Source of the DNA: Azolla caroliniana
Taxonomy: Eukaryota; Plantae; Polypodiophyta
Length of the DNA stretch: 15,528 bases
NCBI GenBank assembly: GCA_043228905.1
Contig: JBHGNT010000797.1
Span: 1 to 15,528, forward strand
Direction: 5' to 3'
Under the pieces are notes generated by a model. It saw only the letters and a list, made by a program, of their open reading frames with translations. It searched no databases and was not told the DNA's origin. The first letter of the stretch is position 1. Each line of letters starts with the position of its first letter. Made by a program: the position numbers and the translations under genes. This document shows positions 9,365 through 15,528 of the stretch, one piece after another.

Positions 9365-9904
9365 TGTCGTGAAGATTTTCGTCCATAGGCGGAAACCGGG
9401 GTGGAAGGGGCAAGTCAGCGGTGTGCAACATGTGCACATACACTAGGATATGGTGTATAGAAAGAGAGGGGAAAATTTTGTCCCACATTGTAAGGTCCCT
9501 CCCTCCTTGGGCTATAAAAGGAAGGGAGGGGTCACTTATGAAGGGGTTGCCTATTTTGTGCGAGTAAGGTATACCACTTAGTCTAGGGTTCTCCCTCTTC
9601 CCATTTCGTTTTAGGGTTAGGGTTTCGGTTAGGGTTTTCTTCTTGGGTTTCCCTTTAGGGTTTTCGGATAGTCATTTTGGTGCGGCCACGGCGGCCACCA
9701 TTGTTGTAACCATTCGTTGTTTTAATATAACTTGTTGAGCATCTTGCCTCCGCTGATCCCTCCTTCGATGTCGTGATCTTATTCTTTCCTCTTCTCCTCT
9801 TGAGCTAAGCCTCCATATTATGTCCTATTCTTTCTCCTCCACTCCCTAGTCCAAGACCCCCGCGGTCCCGCCCCTTCTACACGCACGCGCGTAACAACGC
9901 GACA
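9365..9904 (+). repeat. 5' LTR (540 bp) of the inner element
   Basis: Direct repeat of 12921-13462, differing by 6 transitions and one 2-bp indel by eye. TATAAAA at 9513-9519. Confidence 0.97.
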
Positions 9905-9908
9905 TCTT

Positions 9909-9926
9909 TGGTGAACCCGACGTGAA
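9909..9926 (+). other. Primer-binding site complementary to tRNA-Trp
   Basis: TGGTGAACCCGACGTGAA, 4 nt after the LTR. It is the reverse complement of ...TTCACGTCGGGTTCACCA, the 3' end of plant cytosolic tRNA-Trp(CCA) as I recall it. Confidence 0.85.
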
Positions 9927-9941
9927 GGGCGGCAAGGGAGC

Positions 9942-12794
9942 ATGGAGATGGAAGAAGACTTGGACTTCGAGGAGATGATGGCAAAAATCGTGATGGAAGC
10001 CGGACAAAAGATGGCGAAGCGAGATGCGGCTCAACAAGCCGTCGAAAGGGTGGTCGATCGAGTCGGCCGATTCAACGGGGACGATGTCCCGAGGTTCTTG
10101 GAAGCGTACGAGGCCGAGATGGCGAAAGGGGGCGTGGACGAGGAGATGCGGCCAGAGTATTTTCCTCGAGTGGCGGCCGCATCGGTGCACAAGGAGGTCA
10201 AGGAGCTACGAGAAGCTCACGAGTCGTGGGTGTCCTTGGAGGTAGCCCTATTGGAAGCGTGCGGATACGCGAAACCAGAGTGGGTATGCCGGCAACCCGA
10301 TGGGGAGCGGTCGGCAACAACGTGGCCCGCGAGCGGCAGAGAAGAGAGAGCGGCGAGTGAGTATGCACTACCGCCGGAAGAGAGCTCAATGCAAAACGGT
10401 TCGGAGGAGCTCGACCTAGAAGCGCTAATACGAGAGTCATGCGAGCTTGTGAAGGCGAAAATCGGAGCCGAAGAAGGGCTTGTTATGGAGACGGGCCGGA
10501 GGCGATTGGAGGATGCGGAGGAAGAAGCCTCCCTAGACGTAGAAGACGGGGCCTATACGGAGGCCGGGAGAGCGTACGACGGCGAGATAGGAGAGGGTGC
10601 GAAGCAAGCGACCCTCTTGCCTTGCGGTGAAGGGACGGCCATGGAGGCCGGTAACTACGGATTCGGGACATGGCGGCCCGAAACATTGAGTGAGGAGCGG
10701 ACAAGCGGCGGTGCCGCGACCTTACACACACCGGTCCTAGAGACTCTGGCATCCGGCCCGAGAGCCGGTGTGAGACCTAGAGTGACGGACGGTGGCAGCG
10801 GCAAGGCGGGCAACCGAGACGACGGCATGGGAGAGATGGTGGCAAGCGTAATCGAGGTTTGTGGAATCGGAGATGGGGTAGCCGCGGACAACGACGACCG
10901 GACGGAAGCGGCTACTGACACAACGAGTGGCGGTGCCGGGTCCTTACCCACACCGGTCCTAGAGGCTCCGACGGCCGGCCCGAGTGCTGCCCTGAGACCT
11001 AGAGCGACGGGCGGTGGTGGCGGCAAGGCGGCCTACCACGGCGACGAAGAGAACGAGGAAGAGATAGCCACGGACCACGGCGTCCGAACGAAGGTGGCTA
11101 CGAACATGGCATCGGCGAGTAACGGTATCGGGACTTTTCCCACACCTATTCTAGAGACTTCGGCAGTCGGCCCCGAGAGCCCACGTGAGACCGGAGAGAC
11201 GGAAGGTGGTGGCGGCAAAGCGGACGATCGAAATGACGACGAGGAAGGTCATAACAGACGGAGGCAAGACCTCTCGACACCGAGACCGGAGACTATGGTG
11301 GTTGCGCTCGAATGCCAACATAAGACCGGAGAGAAGGGCGGTGGCCGTGAGGAGGTGTGGCCCGGAGTGAACACGTACGAAGATGAGGACGCGAGGCCCG
11401 GAACGGGCATATACGAGAGGACCGACGGAGAGGTCGGGAGCGGCAAAGAGGAGAGAGTCGGGAACCGACCCGACCAGAAGGTGGACCAGTTGATAATCCG
11501 ACATGACCGGAAGACGACGCGGAAGAACATTGGAGCGGGGTCTGGTCAACCGGGCCCAAACCGAAGAAGAGCTGGCAAGGTCGGATTTGTTCGGACAAAC
11601 ATCTACCGGCCGGTTACGATTACGGAAGGGAGCCGACCTAACCGGAACTCGATCGGCCGAGACCGATCCGGGCGAAGGCAAAGTTGGCACGGTTGGAGGT
11701 CGAGGCGAACGGGCCACAACACCCGGTGGGAGCCGGTGAGCGCGAGAAGGAAGCTAACCGGGCACGATGATTACGGCTTGGCAGAAGACCGAGAGCGAGA
11801 GGAGCCCTCCATATCTATCCTTGAGACTTCGGCGGTTGCGGATCAACATAAGACCGGAGACACGACGGGTGGCGGCGAGGAGTCGGAGACCGGAATTGAC
11901 GAGGCCACTAGAACGGGTACCCGGTGCGTGAAGACGGATGAGCACGGCCAAGACGGCAAGCCGGAGTCGAAAGGGGCTACGGCAAGAAAGGACAAAGAGA
12001 TCGATGCGGAGGTCGAGTCTACGACGGATGAGGCGTGTAATACGAAGTATGCACTACGGCGTAAAACGGAGCATGCACTACGGCCAGCGAAGGGCCAAGA
12101 AGTAAGCATGCACCCGGAAGAGCGGCAACGAGTGACCGGCAACGGTGGACCGGTCGAGCCTTTGAGAGACAAGCACGCGGCGAGAGACGAAGCCGTAAGG
12201 TGCCGAGATCGGCGGATGGGTGGCGAGAGCGAAGGATGGTGCGCGGAGAACAACGGGGTACACACCGGGAAGAGAAAACGCAACGGCTTCCCGGAGGACA
12301 TACAAGGCCAAGCGGGCCAAGAGGGCGCAAGTCGAGGCGAGGCGGTAACGAGAGCCTCAAGGGACACCGACACGGAGGTCGGGATGATGGTACGCTCTAC
12401 GGTGAGAGAGCACGACGGGCAAAGGAGAGGCAAGGAGCGCGTAATGGGGTCATGTAAGGACCGAAGAACGAGCACGCATTCAATGGACGACAACAACGCA
12501 TGGAAAGTGCCTACGGAAGCCGAGTGCAGAACGAAGGGAGTCAGTACGAGGTATTCGGGGCGAGGAGAAGGTCGAGCCGGAGGTGGAACACACGCGATAC
12601 GTGAGGAGTGGCACCCGACGAGCAATCGAAGTAAACGGGGGTCTAACCGGAGGACATGCGCGGTGAGCGAAGGAAGGGAGACCGGATCGGCAACGGTGTT
12701 CGGGATGGCCGGTCGAAGAAGAAGGTGCATGCGCCGGACATGGCGGATCGGATGGAGTCGGCGGGTCGGGGACGTCAAGACGGATCGGCGCTAG
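9942..12794 (+). CDS. 950-aa ORF: Gag-like N-terminal helical region followed by a long G/E/R/T-rich, repeat-containing, probably disordered region
   Basis: Uninterrupted from 15 nt after the PBS to ~125 nt before the 3' LTR. The N-terminal VGRFNGDDVPRFLEAYEAEM...SWVSLEVALLEA resembles the F.G.D...FL..YE and W..L...L pattern of Ty3/gypsy capsid. No DSG/DTG, YxDD, HHCC or DDE motifs seen. Confidence 0.7.
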   Translation: MEMEEDLDFEEMMAKIVMEAGQKMAKRDAAQQAVERVVDRVGRFNGDDVPRFLEAYEAEMAKGGVDEEMRPEYFPRVAAASVHKEVKELREAHESWVSLEVALLEACGYAKPEWVCRQPDGERSATTWPASGREERAASEYALPPEESSMQNGSEELDLEALIRESCELVKAKIGAEEGLVMETGRRRLEDAEEEASLDVEDGAYTEAGRAYDGEIGEGAKQATLLPCGEGTAMEAGNYGFGTWRPETLSEERTSGGAATLHTPVLETLASGPRAGVRPRVTDGGSGKAGNRDDGMGEMVASVIEVCGIGDGVAADNDDRTEAATDTTSGGAGSLPTPVLEAPTAGPSAALRPRATGGGGGKAAYHGDEENEEEIATDHGVRTKVATNMASASNGIGTFPTPILETSAVGPESPRETGETEGGGGKADDRNDDEEGHNRRRQDLSTPRPETMVVALECQHKTGEKGGGREEVWPGVNTYEDEDARPGTGIYERTDGEVGSGKEERVGNRPDQKVDQLIIRHDRKTTRKNIGAGSGQPGPNRRRAGKVGFVRTNIYRPVTITEGSRPNRNSIGRDRSGRRQSWHGWRSRRTGHNTRWEPVSARRKLTGHDDYGLAEDREREEPSISILETSAVADQHKTGDTTGGGEESETGIDEATRTGTRCVKTDEHGQDGKPESKGATARKDKEIDAEVESTTDEACNTKYALRRKTEHALRPAKGQEVSMHPEERQRVTGNGGPVEPLRDKHAARDEAVRCRDRRMGGESEGWCAENNGVHTGKRKRNGFPEDIQGQAGQEGASRGEAVTRASRDTDTEVGMMVRSTVREHDGQRRGKERVMGSCKDRRTSTHSMDDNNAWKVPTEAECRTKGVSTRYSGRGEGRAGGGTHAIREEWHPTSNRSKRGSNRRTCAVSEGRETGSATVFGMAGRRRRCMRRTWRIGWSRRVGDVKTDRR

Positions 12795-12903
12795 CAAGGG
12801 ACCGGCAAGGCGGTTGGGTGTCGGTAAGGCGAAAGACCTAGTTAATTACCATGGACAAAATCTCTCACCCTTTTCCTTTCTTGGCACATACCGGTGGATG
12901 TGC

Positions 12904-12920
12904 GGTTTGGTGGGGGTGGA
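12904..12920 (+). other. Polypurine-tract equivalent of the inner element
   Basis: GGTTTGGTGGGGGTGGA immediately 5' of the 3' LTR. G-rich but interrupted by T. Confidence 0.6.
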
Positions 12921-13462
12921 TGTCGTGAAGATTTTCGTCCATAGGCGGAAACCGGGGTGGAAGGGGCAAGTCGGTGGTGTGCAACATGTGCACATGTATA
13001 CTAGGATATGGTGTATAGAAAGAGAGGGGAAAATTTTGTCCCACATTGTAAGGTCCCTCCCTCCTTGGGCTATAAAAGGAAGGGAGGGGTCACTTATGAA
13101 GGGGTTGCCTATTTTGTGCGAGTAAGGTATACCACTTAGTCTAGGGTTCTCCCTCTTCCCATTTCGTTTTAGGGTTAGGGTTTCGGTTAGGGTTTTCTTC
13201 TTGGGTTTCCCTTTAGGGTTTTCGGATAGTCATTTTGGTGCGGTCACGGCGGCCACCATTGTTGTAACCATTTGTTGTTTTAATATAACTTGTTGAGCAT
13301 CTTGCCTCCGCCGATCCCTCCTTCGATGTCGTGATCTTATTCTTTCCTCTTCTCCTCTTGAGCTAAGCCTCCATATTATGTCCTATTCTTTCTCCTCCAC
13401 TCCCTAGTCCAAGACCCCCGCGGTCCCGCCCCTTCTACACGCACGCGCGTAACAACGCGACA
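12921..13462 (+). repeat. 3' LTR (542 bp) of the inner element
   Basis: Direct repeat of 9365-9904. Confidence 0.97.
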
Positions 13463-13466
13463 ACGT

Positions 13467-15528
13467 CATTCCACCAGACACCGGACCGAAGGTGCTTCTC
13501 ATCCTACATAGCCGGAGATCACGGTTGTGTCCGGATGCGGAATGAAGGTACATGCCGAATTTTCGGCATAGGAGATGTGTTGTTGACAACATCAACCGGA
13601 TGCAAGTTGATGTTGAAGGATGTTGGACACGTTTCGGAGGTTCGACTAAACCTGATATCAGCCGATCGGCTAGATGATGAAGGCTACACGGGCAGCATCC
13701 GGAACGGAGTCATGAAATTTAGCAAAGGAAGCTTGATTGTGGCTCGAGCCCGGAAGATCAACACGTTGTACCTTATGCAGGCCCGGATATGCCGGGAAGA
13801 AGTGAACGTAGCATCCGACACTTCCAATTATCTGTGGCACAAGAGGTTGTGTCATATGAGCCAGAAGGGGATGAGAAGACTTGTTCAAGACAACCTCATT
13901 CCAGAGGTGAAAGACGTGCGCCTTGAGAAGTGCATTGACTGCTTGGCCGGCAAGCAAAACCGAACCTCCTTCCGGTCGAGACCACCGATGAGACGAAATG
14001 CACCACTGGAGCTAGTGCATAACGATGTGTGTCAAGTGGACATGAAGTCCCATGCCGGATCGCGGTACTTCGTGATGTTCATAGATGACCACAACCAAAA
14101 GTTGTGGGTCTCACCACTGAAGACGAAGGACCAAGTGTTATCTGTCTTCAAGGAGCTACACGCGAGAGTGGAAAGAGAAACCGGCTGGAAGCTGAAGGCG
14201 GTTCGAGCAGACAACAGAGGAGAATATCGGGGGCAGTTTGAGGAGTACTGTCGATCGAAGGGAATCCAGCTCGAATTCACCGTGCCGAAGACGCCGGAAT
14301 TGAACGGGTTGGCCGAACGGATGAACCAGACCGTGATGGAGAGAGTCTAGAGCATGCTAGCACACGCAAAATTACCCAAGATGTTTTAGGCTAAGGCGTT
14401 GATGACGGCAACCTATGTGATAAACAGATCACCCTCAGCACCCTTGGAAGGAGACTCACCGCAGAAAGTATGGACCGGTAAAGATGTATATTACCAACAT
14501 TTGAAGGTGTTCGGGTGTCTTGCATATGGGCATGTTGCAAAGGACAAGAGAGCAAAGTTGGATCCAAAGTCCCGACCATGCATATTCCTTGGATACGGCG
14601 ATGATGAGTTCGGTTACCGGGTGTGAGATCTGGTCGACAAGAAGGTGTTCCAGAGTCGGGACATAGTCTTCGTGGAAGACAAGACCATTGCCGACTTGGA
14701 GTCGGAGAAGAAGGTGATGAACTCCGGATCATCCAATGAAAACCGGCTTGAGGACACAAGGACTTACCTGGATGAAAACCGGATGTTAGTCGATAACTGG
14801 ATGACACTCGACGAACCGGCCGGATACGGACAAGAAACCAAACTGAACCGACCGAAGATGAAGTAGAAGAAGACACCGGAACTGGACAAGATCCCGATTT
14901 GGATTCGGATGAGGAACAAACAGAGGCACCAGTGGTCAAAAACCAAGGACGGAGATATCCTCTCCGAGAGGGAAGAGCCCCCCGGAGATTTCCGGATGCA
15001 GAGCATGTGTTGCTAACCAATGAGGGGAAGTCTGAAAGCTTCGAAGAAGCAAAGAGAGACATTCACAGCCGCAAGTGGTTGAATGCCATGCAAGATGAGA
15101 TGGATTCCTTGCATGAGAACCACACGTATGAACTGATAGAATTGCCAAAAGGAAAGAGGGCACTCCAGGACAAGTGGGTGTACAAATTGAAACTGGGAGA
15201 CGCCGAAATCCACCAAGGTACAAAGCCCGGATTGTGGTGAAGGGTTTCCAGCAAAAGAAAGGAGTGGACTTCGATGAGATCTTTGCCCCGGTAGTAAAGA
15301 TGACATCCAATCGGACAGTATTGGGGATAGCGACAAGCATGGACCTCGAGGTAGGGCAACTGGATGTCAAGACGACATTCCTACATGGCGACCTCGAAGA
15401 AGAGATCTACATGCATCAACCGGAAGGATTTGAGAAGAACAGGAAGGAGCACCTGGTGTGCCAGCTGAAGAAGAGCTTATACGGATTGAAGCAAGCTCCC
15501 CAACAATGGTACCGGAAGTTCAACTCTT
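13467..15528 (+). pseudogene. pol: Copia pol: rest of protease, integrase and N-terminal RT, with stops and frameshifts
   Basis: LKDVGHVSEVRLNLIS; LWHKRLCHMS...CIDCLAGKQ (HHCC); LELVHNDVC, FIDDH, RADNRGEY, TPELNGLAERMN; KLDPKSRPCIFLGY. RT: WLNAMQDEMDSL, KWVYKLK, YKARIVVKGFQQKKGVDFDEIFAPVVK, QLDVKTTFLHGDLEEEIYMHQPEGF, LKKSLYGLKQAP. Stops at 14348, 14387, 14624, 14864. Confidence 0.96.

Larger units (their letters stand above)
9365..13462 (+). mobile_element. Young non-autonomous LTR retrotransposon (probably Ty3/gypsy-derived), 4098 bp, inserted in the copia protease motif
   Basis: Two LTRs with TGTCG...CGACA termini. 4-bp TSD ACGT (9361-9364, 13463-13466). PBS, G-rich PPT and a single long ORF. 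Excision restores WVVNSRT-SFH in frame. Confidence 0.95.
7087..15528 (+). mobile_element. Ty1/copia LTR retrotransposon (Tnt1/Tork-like), degenerate, with two nested insertions; runs off the window
   Basis: 5' LTR, tRNA-iMet PBS, then gag, zinc knuckle, protease, integrase and RT in copia order. Confidence 0.93.

Noticed and set aside
8775-9488. 237-aa minus-strand ORF
   Set aside because: Spans three separate elements (inner LTR, antisense gag, solo LTR), so it is a chance antisense frame.
9609-9664. Interstitial telomere remnant
   Set aside because: Short scattered TTAGGG(T) motifs present identically in both LTRs, so they belong to the LTR and are not a chromosomal telomere array.
9909-9926. 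tRNA-Trp gene on the minus strand
   Set aside because: Only the 18 nt complementary to the tRNA 3' end, including CCA, are present. It is a PBS, not a gene.
11478-11745. Chromodomain-like words in the 950-aa ORF (KVDQLIIRH...SWHGW...HNTRWEPVS)
   Set aside because: Spacing is far too long for a chromodomain, the YLVKW core is absent, and the position is mid-ORF rather than after integrase.
11843-12778. 311-aa minus-strand ORF and other antisense ORFs in the inner element
   Set aside because: S/P/L/R-rich shadow of the GC-rich sense ORF with no recognisable motif. Not excluded as functional, but unsupported.
14391-15370. Several 80-223-aa minus-strand ORFs
   Set aside because: Antisense shadows of copia pol.

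Overview
Repeat-derived eukaryotic DNA, almost certainly from a land plant (plant-type tRNA primer sites, Tnt1-like copia, plant L1; a non-seed plant is a guess), with no intact host gene. It is a stack of nested transposable elements. (1) A decayed L1-type LINE (1-~5100) whose endonuclease is split by two related hAT-type MITEs, the first carrying a solo LTR. (2) An AT-rich stretch with a ~1.35 kb fold-back palindromic element and possible remnants of a spliced gene. (3) A degenerate Ty1/copia element (~7087 to beyond the window end). Its gag is interrupted by a solo LTR of a related family. Its protease is interrupted by a young 4.1 kb LTR element (9365-13462) with ~99% identical LTRs, a 4-bp TSD and an 18-nt tRNA-Trp primer site. 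That inner element has one open 950-aa ORF with a Gag-like N-terminus, internal repeats and no recognisable PR/RT/RH/IN catalytic motifs. It is the most unusual object here. All coordinates were read by eye and no database search was run.
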